From: Geosiphon pyriformis uo1
Taxonomy: Eukaryota > Fungi > Glomeromycota
Assembly (NCBI GenBank): GCA_016748015.1
Contig: JAAOMT010000057.1
Span: forward strand, 1 to 64,000
Length of the DNA stretch: 64,000 nt
Direction: 5' to 3'
Part shown: piece after piece, positions 34,456 through 48,109 of the stretch
Layout of the letters: each line of letters opens with the position of its first letter
Numbering within the stretch: position 1 is the stretch's first letter
Position numbers and translations under genes: made by a program
The notes under the pieces: model-generated
Told to the model about the DNA's origin: nothing
What the model saw: the letters and a program-made list of their open reading frames with translations, nothing else
Database searches by the model: none

Positions 34456-37400
34456 CTGCCCAATGACAGATTGCACAGTTTGAGAGCATGTATAGTGCCA
34501 GCCAAAAAGCAATTTACCAGATCGACCAGTAACTTAATCGGAAATTTGAGAGGGTGCCAGGGCATCTAGCTAGTGGCCTGCAACTTCATCACTCTGTGTT
34601 TGAATAATTCACTGAGGATTCCATCAGCATTGGCAAATTTAACCAAACCAGCCAGCATATTCTCAGCCAGTATTTGCTTAAAAGTCCTCAAACTATATAG
34701 CTCTGGATGATACAAAGCTTTACTTGGAAAATTCTTGATCAGATTGGCCTTAAGCTTCAAACTCTTTCTTAACATTTTGTCCCACTTCTCACATACACTC
34801 TTGGAAACACAGCTGAACTGTAATCTATATCCAATTATGAGCTGCAGAACAGCCAAAACCAAATACAGAAATTGTTTCTCAGTGATGGCTTTCTTTAAAA
34901 CCACATTTGAAAAGAACTTGACATTTGAATGAGCTTTGGCCAAGCTTAACTTAGACATGCCATCTATAGAAACAAAAATCTCCAAATAATGGTGAGATTC
35001 ACCCTTTTTGGCAATAGATATTTTAGAACCACTGATGGACAATAAAACTTCTCTGGTCTCTTGATTGATAGGAATAGCAACTGTTTTGTCTGTGTTAATA
35101 ATGATGTTATTCATCAAGAAGAAATCACTTGCAATATCCAAAATGCATTGTGTTGCCACCAGGCAGTTCCCAACTCAAATAGTATCATCCACAAAAGCAC
35201 CAGCTGCAAAGAAAAATGTTTTGCCACCTTTAGACTCAGCTCTGCCAGTCTTAGTAAAAATTTTTAAATTCAACCTATATCTACACAATTGTTCATGCTT
35301 TTTGACCTCACAAAGCAAAGGATCATAAAAAATTCTCTACAGCAATGGTAAGAAAACTTCCCCTTGGTCCAACTTATCATAAACAGTGTATTCACTAGTC
35401 AGCCCAAAGTCTGTCATCATCTGATTGGTCCGATCATTGTGTATGTTTCCAAAAAATTCAATAAAATGGGAACACATCTTTATTTTAACTAAACTGTTCC
35501 ATAAATATGGCCATCTGACTGAATTGTAAGCCTTTCACATATCCTGAAGTACCAGCCACAGTTCCCTATTCTTTTCAAGTGCATTCTTAATGATAGAGCC
35601 AATGGTAAAAATTGGAGTTTGAGTAGATGTACCCTTCAGAACTAAGAAGTTATTACCATGAAAAACACCAAATTTACTACATGTCAGAGATATCCTGTCA
35701 GAAAGAATTTTAGACAGTATCTTCCAGGCTGTCTCAACTAATGCTATAGGCCTGGTATTAGTAAGTGTCCCTTCCCATTCATATGGTTTTGGTATCATAG
35801 ACACTCAGACTTGCCTCTACTGTAGAGGGACTGCACCTAACTCCAAACACACATTGAGAAGACTTAACAAGCCACCCAGAATCTGAGCATCTCCATGCTT
35901 CCATAGCTCATTAGGAATACCAGAAATGCCAACAGCTTTCCCATTAGGCAGGTTTTTAACCACCAGGAAAAACTCATCTGATCTAATCACATCTATTACA
36001 CTCAAAAATGCATTATCACTAACATAGTCTAAAGACACATATTGGTTAGACCAACAAACAGGCAGAGAGGCGAGAGCAACTTTTTTTCTTGTCCACCCTT
36101 CCATAATATTATTAACAGCAGATTTAACTTTCTCAAGTTCCAAAATTAATTTATTATTCACCACCAGATGATCTAATACCACTTTCTTAAATAGCCAGTC
36201 CAAAACACTCTTGATCATATGATCTTTATTGGAGCTGAAGGTTTCCATGCATTTGTCTATCACTTTTCTGATTGAAATGTCCTTGGCAACCCTAGACTTA
36301 TAGTATTTGGACTTTCAATACAATTTTTTAATTTTTGAAAGGTGTAACAAAATGCCCTCTCTACTTTCCTTATTATCAAACATTGCATGAACTTTAAATG
36401 CTCCCTTACTATTAAGAGTAGACCACACCTCAAAGAGATGAGCAGCTTCTGACTCCTAATCTGAGCTCAAACACTTCACCAATTTGGTCACCAACAATTC
36501 CAGCTTAAAGAACTATAAAGACTGCTTATTTTTTCAGCAATCAATCTTACCAAACCAATGTCTAGAAAACACACTATTAGCTGAGCTTGTAACCACTTTT
36601 TTGAGAATTCCCCACATAGTATCCAAATTTTTATTAATTTTTACATTATTGAACATATCTACATACATCAAGAACTTGTCCAACAAATGTTCTCTAAATT
36701 GTGCCTACTTATCAGCATCTGCATCTTTGATCCTGAATTTCCACCTATCTTTATTGGCCTGCTTATACATATTACTAAGCTGAGCATCCAAAAGACCTCC
36801 CAAACTGATTGAGACCAAAACAGCATTATGATTAGTATCAAAAAAATCAGACACAGAAGAAACTTTGTGACCAGCCAATGCAAATAACAAACTTTTGCTT
36901 ACAAAAATGTAGTCGATAACCCTCACAGCACTCCAAGAATTGTCCTAAGTGGGAGCCTTAATCAGAGAGTGTCCTCTAAAGGAGTTGACCAACCCCAAAT
37001 CTGTACAGAACTTAAAGCTAGCACTCTTCTTAATTCCATCTTCATTGAAATCACCATCCAGAACCACAAATGTAAAGAAGTTAGCAGCCTTAGCAATAAG
37101 AGAGTTGATTTCACAGACTTAACCAAACCTGGTTTCTGCAGAAGCACCAGTGTATATGCCCAAAAACACTACAAACATCTTGCTCTTAAAAAGAAGCCAA
37201 ATAGAAATAAGATGACCAGAAATCTTCTCAATCTTAGCCACATAACATACAAAAAAATTGTTCATAATAATAGCCACTTCAGTGCCAAGAAATTCTTTGT
37301 CCAAACCAGAAGAAAATATCCTCATTTTATTAAACTTATTTATAATCCATGGCTTAGTATTGGCCCTCAACTTTGTTTTCATGACAATAGAAACCATACT

Positions 37401-39944
37401 TCCAGAATTTACATGCCAACAAACAATGTTTTTCTGCTTGGCAGAGACATTGATATTACAAACATTGCATGTTGCAATTTTCCACACCAGATTCATTATT
37501 GGGAATGATAAACAGCAGGAACCAAACCAGCATTGTCTATTTTGGCCAAGAGGCCCATAACCATTATTGAAAGGTTGCACAATATTTCCTCCATTTTCGA
37601 AACAACAGAAACATCAAAACCCACTGCTCCCGGTACAGTCTCACCACTAGTAGCCACATCCAAACTCTCACTCATCACTATATCCACCTTTTGATTCTGT
37701 GATAAAGGAGTCATCAACAGCTGACATCCAGGGCTAAGCTGAGAAACCATCAGCTTAGGTGCATCCAACTTCTTAGCCAGCTCATCAATGCACTCTATGA
37801 GGCTGGCGAGACTGCATTCAAGAATGGCAAACCTGTTATCCAATTCCGAAGACACCAATGGAGTGGGCTTTATTTCCAAAGAGGAGTCAGCATTCAACAA
37901 ACCATTTTGAACAAGAGAAAAGGGGACAGAAAAACTACCAGCAATCTGTGTCCAAGACATACCACTGAAAGAAACAGGACAAGCAACTGAAGCTGAGCAT
38001 TTGGTATAAATGGCAGCCAGCCTACTTTTATCAGAATTTGAAAGAGTTTTCTGTGGTAAAGCACCAGAAAGAGAAGATTTTTTCTCACCAACAGGACAGG
38101 CCAAAGATGTATGATCCAATTTTCTACATCCAGCATACTTAGCTGAAATAAGATTAGACCAGTGCAGATTGGCCTCCTTTAAAACTGGCATGGTCTTTAT
38201 AACAGTCTCTAATAATTCAGCAGAATTAAAACAAACAGTAGTGCATCTGAGTTGGGCATAAGTAACCAAATGACAATCAATAGTACATGTTTTCTTACCC
38301 ATTGAAGTGACATAATCCCAAATATCATGTGCATTGGTCCCTATTGGCAAAGTATATAACAGAGCTTTATAAACGTTTCTTGCATTCCATGATTTTTTGT
38401 CCACATCAGATCTGGCAACTTGCACTGTATTTTTCCCGATCAGGATAGATCATCTTGCTGCGACCAAATCAGCTTAATCTGATTGCTCAAATTCCACTAT
38501 AGCTTTTTGCCACAGCCCCACCAATTGTATCTTGATTGACTTAATTATACCAAATTTGGATAGTGCAGTGTGCACAGCCTCAGCTGACATTTCAACTGGA
38601 ATTTCTTTTACTACCACAGTCCAATCTAAACGACCAGTAGATTTCTTGAGATTAGTGTTTATTAAAATATCTACTGCTCTTGTTTTTTCTGTAGCCTGTG
38701 CCAAACTGGATTCAGAAGTGAACATTGCTCTGATAATCTCAGCAAATTTTGAGGAGGTAAAGGCCCCCCCAAAACCATTGATTTTTGAAAACAATTTTCT
38801 AATCACAGCCAACTTATCCTGAGCAGATTTTCCAATCACTTTATCCAAGCCAATATTCAAAGCAAAAGATTTTCTGACAGAAACTGGGACCAAATTTTTT
38901 AAGAGAGAGGGGAGCTCTAGAGAGGTATTCGAGAGAACATTATCATCATCATCATTATCATCATGACCTAAAAAATTTATCTTACTCAATGACTTGCCTA
39001 ATGCCTTAGTAGTTTTAACACTTGGTTTTTTAGATGTATGCTCATGATCTCTATCCATTAAGATGCTTTTCTCACCATAGTCAAAGCTGGTTTCCTCAAT
39101 CAGACATTCTTCCTCCATGTCAATGCTTTCAGATTTGGTGGTATCACCAGTCTCAGAACCCCAAGAATGATTTCTTGGCACCTCAGTAGACACTCCTTTG
39201 CTACCAATACCCTTCTCTAAAGTAATACTCTTCCTTTTTTTCTTTGACAACACAGGCTTGAAACCACCACCAGAGCCAGAATCTTTAACAACCTTCTTCA
39301 TGATGGCAATACTAAGACCAACAGTGGTCTCAAAATCAAAAAACGATTTGGTTTTATTGTACTGAATGTTGAAAAAACTTCTTTTAAAAAACTACTGACT
39401 CTTTTTTGGAAATTTTGGGATGAATAAAAAAAAGAAGTTTTTTTTAAGTCAGTTAAAATTAAATTAAACTAAATTATTATTTAAATTAGAAATAATTATT
39501 GTTTATAACTAAATTTAATTAAAAATTATGTTTAATATATTTATAAATATTAAAAAAATTAAATAAATTTAATATTTTATTTTTTACCAAAAAAAAGCTT
39601 TAAATTAAAAATATTGTTTTAAGAAATACCAAAAATTTTTTTTTTAATTATTTAATCAAATATAAAAATAATTATTGTAAGAAAAAATAAATTAATTATA
39701 AATATTATTAAATTTTTAACTATTTTTTTTAATAATAATTAATTTAATTTAAAAATTAATAATTTAATATTTGAAACAAATTTTTTTTATAATAAAAATT
39801 ACAATAATTATTTATAATTAATTACTTATTAAAATTATTAAATTATATATATTATTATTATTATTTTTAATATTTGGTTTATTAAAGCAAATAGATATTA
39901 ATAATATTTATTCAATCTTCATTTACTATTAATTTTAAAATTAT

Positions 39945-42900
39945 ATTTCTTTCTTTTTTATGTCTTAAATTTTCCAAAAAGTATTTTTTAAAAAAAAAGT
40001 TTTTTATTTTTTACTTTTCTGTCTTTGTTTTTCTTGTATTATTATTTTCAACATTTTTTAAACAAGTAATCCTTTTGTAGTGGACTTGATAACTGCTTTT
40101 AATAACAATATGTCTAAAAAAAAAATGCCCAAAAAAACTTTTTATAGACCTATTAAAAGTTTTTTTTCTTAGAAGTAGAGAGTTTTTATAAGCAGTATCA
40201 AATACTTTAGCAATAAAAAAAATATTTTTTTAGTTAAATCTGGTAAAAATAAAAGTATATATTCGGACATAAATAGTAAATTTAGTAATAATAATAATAA
40301 AAATGTCTTAACAAATATTGGTAGTGGTTTTTTTTTTGGTTTGGCAGCAACAACTCTTAAAACAAAAAAAATTGTTAATAACTTAAAATATGATTTTTTT
40401 TTGGTAAAATCGATTTTGACATAGATAAAAATAAAAAACCTTTTCTTTCTTTTCTTAACATATTTCTGAAGAAAAAATAGATAGATCTAAAAATAGTAAA
40501 AACTCAAGTGGAAGTAGCAATAAAAAATTTTTTGTATTAAATATTAATCTTTTAGCTGTGAAAAAAAAATTGGCAACAACAAAAACTCAATTTATTAGAA
40601 AAAATTTTTTATTAATTAATGGTTTTAAAAGGACTACTATCTTTTCAAAATTTAAAGAAATTATTTAATCAATGTTTATATCTGAAAAAAGTATAGAAAA
40701 AGCCATATTATTGGCTAAAAATAAAGAAATTATTATAAACAACAATATCAAAAAACAAAAAATTCATTCAGATTAAGCCATAGTTATTAAAAAAATTTCC
40801 ATAAATATATTAAAAAAAATAATTGTTATAGCTCTCTATAAGTTTAGACAAGTAGTGTCAATTTATTTACAATTAATTAGGTTGTGACAAAAGACTGTGA
40901 TAAAATTTGCCAAATTGGCTTAAGCAGATTAATTGGTGGCAAAGTGGTTGTTCTTAATTGAGAAAAATTTAATGTATATGACAAAAGCCATAAAAGACTG
41001 AAATATAGTATAGGACAAAAAAAATTGAACACAAAAAACTAATTATTGTGCTTTAATTAATGGATCAAATTTTACAAAAAATATATTATTAGAAAGATAA
41101 AAAGCACATTATTTTATTAAAAAAAATTAATAAAATATTAATATGATATTCTTTCTCCCTTATTTGCAATTATCATCTTACAACACTATTTTATTGATCT
41201 TACTAACCCAATAAAGGTAGATCCAGAAATCATTTATCACTCTTCTTCTATAAACTGCATTAACTGGTCACAATTTTCAGGCATTTACTTTTCTACTTTA
41301 TTCTTAACAATAGCACACAAGTTTTCAATAGAGTTCAAGTCGGGTGAGTTGGCAAACCAGTCAAGAACATTATTAATATTGGCAGCTATAAAGGCTTGGG
41401 AAACTTTGCTTTTGTGTTTCAAATTATTGTATTGCTGGAACTACTACCTATGTCCAAGCATTTTTCTAATTTCAAGCAAGTAAGTATAAAGAATTTTTAT
41501 GTAAAAATAACTATCTATTATTCTAATAAAACAAAATAAACTTGTCTTTTCTCCTTTATAGAAACCACTCCAAGCAAAAACTTTTGTTTGATCTTTTGAA
41601 ATGACATAGATGGGCCGTAAATCTTTATACCAATGCTTTAGTGTGTTCCAGAATAAACAAAAAGCTGTTTTATCTGTAAAAACAGTTCAGTCCCAATTGT
41701 CATTTAAGTGTTGGTAAGTCTATTCTAAATGTTTCTCTTTATGTTTATTAGTAAGCATTAAGATGGCCTGAAAAAAGTTTTTTTTGTAACCAAGAAATAC
41801 TAAATGTCTTCCAATTGTTCTATAAGATATTTTTATATTTATTTTTGACAGCTTTGTTGTCAAAGTTTTCATTGAAATTGAGGAATTCTATTTGATGTAT
41901 GATTGTAATACTCACAAAACAACTCTTTTAATCTTTTTTGGCTGATTATTTCCACCTACATGCTTTACCACCCAGTTTTTTCAAGTTTTTTAAGATATTG
42001 TAAATAGTAGAACATAATATATTTGTTTACTTCTATATTTCTGCTGCAATTCATATTTCTTGGTTCCAAAAATACAATACTATTTGTTATTGTATTTCTT
42101 GCTTGGATGTTGCCATTTTTACATGAGAATTAAAAAAAAATTAATAAAATGCACAAAAAAAATATATAAGTCAATAGCCACTTATTTTCACATTCATTTC
42201 CAACTAACCTTATCACAATTTAACTAAAATTGGTTAAACTAAATCAAATCTTGTAAGATGCATTTTTTGTCCAATTTTTTTTGTTTCAGATTTTACTTGA
42301 ATGTTTAGGAATTGTTTTAAAGCATTGTTGTTTACTTTACCTATGGAAACAACTGCTTATAATCTTGGTAATTTGTTAGAAAAAACTGGTAAAAAAACTT
42401 ATATTATTAACTATTTATTTGAATTTGACAATAAAATTTGTTATACAGTTATTAGTTTTGAATCAAAAGAGAAGTTGAAGTCAGCTTTTTTTATGAAGCC
42501 TATTTTGAGTAATGTTAAACTTTTTTGGACTAGAATAAATTTAGTTTACTGTAAAAAATATGGGCATTTTGGTTATTTATTTCTTGAATGTAATTTTTTA
42601 AGTTTATTTGTCTCTGCTTTAAAAAGAGTTTATAAAAAAAATGTCTTAAATAAGAACTGCTTTTAGTTGGCTTATCTTTACACTAAAAAAAATGTTTTCA
42701 TTGTTTATTTTGCTGCTTTTAATGGCAAATTCTGAAAGCAGATAATTTTTCCAATTAACAATTCTGTTGGTATTTGTTTTGGTTCTTTTTTTAAGCTCTT
42801 TTTTTCTAGTAGTTTTTATCTTGGCAATGTTTTTTTTGTATTATAAAACATATTTTTAATTAGTGATTGGCTGGCCTCTCTAAAACATTTACTAAAATTG

Positions 42901-44910
42901 CTAATTGACCAGGTATTAATAATTATTTACAAGTTAAGCAATATAAAGTTGGTACCTTTTATATTTGTTTCCTCTTCTTTTTCTTCTATATTGGTAAATT
43001 TTTTGGCTTTTGATACAAATAAAACTTCAAACTTAGTTACAAACACTCTTATAATATCTTCTCTTTACATAAAATTGAACTTGTTTTTGAATAATCTACA
43101 GAATTTGTTTATCTTTTCTTTATTGGTTACAGTAGAAGCTCTAATTTTGGGCTTAAACAATTTAAAAATTCTAACCACCAAGATTGGAGATTTGGAATCT
43201 AAAATGATTGCTCTTAAAATTTTTATTGGCTCAGTTTTAACTAAATTAAATCAGTTATATACTAGCTTAGACTTTTTATTACTTTTATTATCTTAATAAC
43301 TGATTTGATTTAGAAGTTTACTATGTGTAATATTAGAGATATAAACAATTCTGCCAAGCAAAAAGATGTCATTTGTTGATACAGAGTTAAAGGTAATTCA
43401 ATATCTATTATTACAAAAATAAAAATAAAAGAAAAAGTTCATTCTTAGATAATAAACAAATTTGATGATATTAAAATCTTTATCTTGTGTGTTGATTTCA
43501 ATTACATGAGTTTTGGTGTTGCTGTAATAATTAATAGTAATATTGTTAGACATGTTTACAAAAATTCAGAGGTGGCTGGTTAGCTTTTGTTAATATGCTT
43601 ACAATTTAAAAATAGTTTTCTTGTTTATATTTTGGGTTTATATGCTGGGGTTACTCTGGAAAAAAAGTTGACTCAGTTCTGTAAAGTTAATTCAATAGTG
43701 GTTGAAACTTTAAACAATAGTGTATTTATAGTTTTTAATAATAATTTCAACAAAAATGATTCTGGTTACAAACAAGTTTCAAGAAAATTTTGAATATAAA
43801 ATTATGCAACTTTTTAGGTAGTTCTTTAGTATACAAAACACTTATGTAGTCCAATTCTAAAGAAGTTAATAAGTTTATAGACTTTATTTTAATTAGTGAT
43901 AATCTTTAGAATTTATTTTTTAATCAACAAATTTATAGTTTGAACAAGTTTTTTAATACCAATCATATAATTGTCTTGGTGAATATTGGTTTAAAAAAAC
44001 TTCTAAGCTCTCAGCTCATTTTAATATGCAAACAGGCTGTTAAAAATAAGTGAAAATTCAAAGTCAGTGGTGTTGACAAAAAGATTTAAAAGAAATTTGG
44101 AAATCTGTTGTTGGTTGCTGCTGTGATTGCTGTTAATAACTTTAAGAGCTATAAAAAAAGATTTAACATTAATGAAATATAAGAACTGCTTGTTCAGATG
44201 TTATGCTCTGCTGTTAAAACTGCTCTTTTGAAAACATAATACAGAAACAAAAATACATTCAAGTGTGCTGTATCTTCTAAGTTTTATAAGCTAAAATTAT
44301 TAATGTTTAAAATATTAAAAACATATAAATTAGATTATTTGAAAAAACTTCATTCTTTGTTCAATAAATAGTTTAAATTAGATCCAGATTATGTAGTTGA
44401 ATGTAGAATATTTTTTGATAATGGCTGCAACAAATTCTTAATTAAACAATTATTGGCTTAATTTAGGAGGTTTTATAAATTTCACAAAATATCAAAAGCT
44501 AAGGCTATTAAAGACTTTTATATTAAGACCATTATTACCAAATACATAGAAGCTTTGTTAGTAACAAAGACCAAATAATAAGAAGTGTGCTGAAATGGCT
44601 CTTTAGAAAAGTTATGCTGGACTATTTGGTTATTGATAGTAATTTAGTTTTGGAATTCAATTTGGTTATGTACAAAGTTGACTTAATTATAGAAAATTGA
44701 ACCAGAAAATACACTGTTATAGATTTTATTTTTCTTTGTTGGCAAAGGCAATTTATGCTTCTTAATTATGTTGAGGATAAAATATTTTCTAGTGTTATAA
44801 AAACTATTAATTTAGATAAATTTTTATTGGTTAAGAATCTCTTTGATAGCAAAGCAGTTAGTCTGTCTAATATCTTTAATAAGATATGGAAGCATTATAA
44901 TAAACAGTAT
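39945..44910 (+). mobile_element. LINE-F: highly decayed, 3'-truncated LINE (ORF1 + APE + start of RT) interrupted by a Tc1-like element
   Basis: ORF1 remnant FKALLFTLPMETTAYNLG, APE remnant VYILGLYAG and a decayed 5' UTR stem. Confidence 0.75.
41006..42293 (-). mobile_element. Decayed Tc1/mariner (DDE) DNA transposon with TA target duplication; transposase remnant ~42116-41165
   Basis: Imperfect ~30-bp TIRs (..ACAAAAAAAATTG(G/A)ACA..) and TA at 41004-5 and 42294-5. The transposase remnant begins MATSKQE..IVLYFWNQ and includes FQQ..KHKS and NSPDLNSIENL. LINE ORF1 rejoins across it. Confidence 0.8.
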
Positions 44911-44964
44911 CTTTAATTTTAAATTTCCATTTATCTTTATTGGTTTATTTGTATATGCTATTTA

Positions 44965-47690
44965 ATTAAGTATCTAGAAAACCATCCAAACCAATTGAAA
45001 TCAAAACAGTCTTGTAATCTATATTAAAAAAATCTGAAACAGAAATAACTTTGTAATTAGCAACAGCAGACAATAAACTTCTATTAACAAAAATGTAATC
45101 TATAATCCTTTCAACTCCTTTCAAGTTGCTTCAAATAAAAACTTTAACCAACAAATGTTTATTAAACAAATTAACCAAATTTAGATCCAAATAGAACTTG
45201 AAACTCATACTTTTCTTGGATTTATCTTTATTAAAATTTTTATTTAAAACCATAAAAGTGCTAAAGTTAACTGCTTTAGTAATAAAAAAGTTGGTATTTA
45301 CAATCTAATCAAATCTAGTTTCAAAAGAAACACCAGCATATAAACCCAAAATTGTAATTAAAAACTTGTCTTTGAAAAGAAGCTGTACTAAAATAACCCA
45401 ATCTAGAACTTTTTTCATCTTAAAAACATGTTAAGCCAAAAAATTTTTCATAATAATAGTCATTTTAGCACTGAAAAAACTTTTATTTAAACCAGATATA
45501 AAAATTTGCATTTTATTAAACTTATTCATAACTTATGGCCTAGTACTAGATTTTAATTTTGTTTCTATGATAATGAAAATTATATTACTTATACTTGTGT
45601 ACCAATAAACAATGTTTTTTTGCTTTGTATAAATATTAATATCTCAAATATTGTATATAATAAACTTTTATATTAAGCTGGTTATTAAGATAAAGAGAAA
45701 ACCAAAGAACTCAAACTAAAGCACAATTAATCTAATCTTATTAAAACCAAATTAATTAATACTTCAAAACCCACCATTTTTGATTTCAAGTCATTCACTT
45801 TAGTGATTAAAATTTTCGAATTATTTGAATTAAAATTTAAAGCCTTATTTTTTGCAATTGAAAAAAAGAGAATAAATAATACTAATAAGTTTTTTAAGAC
45901 TATATTTAAGTTTAAGTTTGAACTTAAAGATACAGAAATAGTTAAAAAAAAAGTATAAGAAGCAAATATCAAAGGCATTAGTTACACAAAACTTAATTTT
46001 TATATAATATTAAACACTTAATTTGCCAAAAGCTCTAAAAAGTGTTTTAAAAAGACCAAATTAGCATTCAAAAAGAAGTCAATTAATAAAGTGAAAGAAA
46101 GTTTACCATTAGAATCTAAAGTACCAAGAAGAAAAAAGCCAGAACCAAAACCAGTAAACAAATTATTAAAAACAGAAACTGTCAAAACTATTTGAGTCCA
46201 TGATTTGTTACTAAAAGCAGCAGGATGAGAAATAAAAATTTTTTTTTTTGCATACAATTTGGCCAGCTAAAAATAATTTTCATTTGAAACAAACTTTTTA
46301 AATATTCTTAAAAAAAAAATAAGAAAACCAGAAATACTATACTTTAAAACAAAATAACTAAAATATTTATATTTTTTATATCAAACCAAATCCAATCTAA
46401 TCTAACTCAAAAAAGTTTCATTACATTAAAAATTGGTTCTGTACAAAAAATAAATTTTAGCTTTTTATCTAAATTAAAACCAATTACAGCACAATAAATT
46501 TTGTTGCCAGTTTCAAATAATTAATTTATAATGCCAGTTTTTTTACCAGTTTTTTCTAATAGATTACTAAAATTATAAGCAGTTGTTTTTATAGACAAAA
46601 TAAACAAAAGTGCTCTAAACTGGTTTTTTGACATTTAGATTTTACAATCTCTTATAGTCTTTGTTATATATATTAAATTTTTTTTGATAAAGAATAACTA
46701 CTTTACTGCCAATTAATTAGTCTGACTTGATTTAGCAAATTTTATTACTGTTTTTTGCTATAGTCTAATTAATTGTAATTGAATTAACACTATTTGACCA
46801 AACTTAAAAAGAACTGTAACAATTATTTTTTTTGGCATATTTATAAAAATCTTTTTAATAGCTATGGCCTAATTTAAATAAATTTTTTGTCTCTTGATAT
46901 TGTTGTTTATGATAATCTTTTTATCTTTAGCCAATAATGTGGTTCTCTTCATACTTTTTTTTAATGTAAATGTTAATTAGATAATTTCTTCAAATTTTGA
47001 GGAAGTAGTGACCTCTTTAAAACCATTAATTAATAAAAAAAATTTTCTAATAACTTAAGTTTTTGCCATTGCCAATTTTTTTTTCACAGTTAAGAAATTA
47101 ATGTCCAATACAAAAGATTTTTTAACAGCCACCTCAATTTGAGTTTTTATTATATTAGAATTAATCTATTTTTTGTCAAGAAAAATATTAAAAAAAGAAA
47201 AAAAGATACTTGTATTTTTATTTATTCTAAAGTTAATTATACCAATAAAAAAACCACAATTTAAATTAACATTAAACTTTTTAGCTTTGAAAATTGTTAT
47301 AGCTGAACCAAGAAAAGAATTACTATCAAATTCTATCATAGTATTACTTATCTTATTGTTATTAGACTTACTATTCATATTTAAATACATGTTACTATTA
47401 AGACCAAGTTTGACCAAAAAAATTTTTTTTTTATTACCAAAATGTTTAATATTGTTCATTAAACCTCTTTTTTTTAAAAAAAAGTACCATCAATAAGATC
47501 ATAAAAAATCTTCTTAAACACTTTTTTTCTAAACATATTATTACTTAAAGCAGCTTTTAGATTTATTATAAAAAAATTATTAGCTTGAAAAATATTAAAA
47601 GAAATATAACTAAAAAAAAATAAAAACCATTTTTTTTTTAAAAAAATGCTCTTTGAGAAATTTTGAATATAAGAGAAAAAAAAGTTTTTT
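44965..47690 (-). mobile_element. LINE-G: highly decayed, 3'-truncated LINE (ORF1 + APE), same subfamily as LINE-F
   Basis: NIKHFGNKKKIFLVK, YAKKKIFISHPAAFSNKSW and KILITKVNDLKSKMVGFE, plus APE remnants ILGLYAG and IDYIF. Confidence 0.75.
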
Positions 47691-48109
47691 TAATTGGTTT
47701 TATTAATTAAATTAATTATTAAAATTATAAAATTAATTTGTATTTTTTTTTAAAATATTAAAATAAAGAAAAAAATTTTTACAATTAAAAAAATATTGGT
47801 AATTTAAACAAAAAAATAATAAATTTTAAAAAATATTTTTGGTGTTATAAATAATTTAAATTATATAATTAATAAAAAATATTTGTTTAAATAATAATTT
47901 TTTGAAATTATTAATTTCAAATATTAAAATTAAGATTAATATAAATGTTAAATAATTAGATAATATAATTAAAAATAATATTTAAATATATATAAAAAGT
48001 ATATAATTATGTTTATTTTAAATTTTTTAAATATTAAAATTATTAAAAACAATAAAAATAAAATTTATATTATAAATTTATTATTGTTATTATTATTATT
48101 ATTGTTGTT

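Larger units (their letters stand above)
22722..39445 (-). mobile_element. LINE-B: full-length decayed LINE (ORF1 39301-37496; ORF2 37496-22854), split by a Gypsy insertion at 24496-34455
   Basis: ORF1 MKKVVKDSGSGGGF.., APE KIATCNV.., RT region and RNase H VYTDGSV..AEMQAIALAL..MDSQAS. The poly(A) tail appears as a T-run at 22722-22732. The ORF2 sequence rejoins across the insertion (LSLG|GDLP). Confidence 0.92.
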
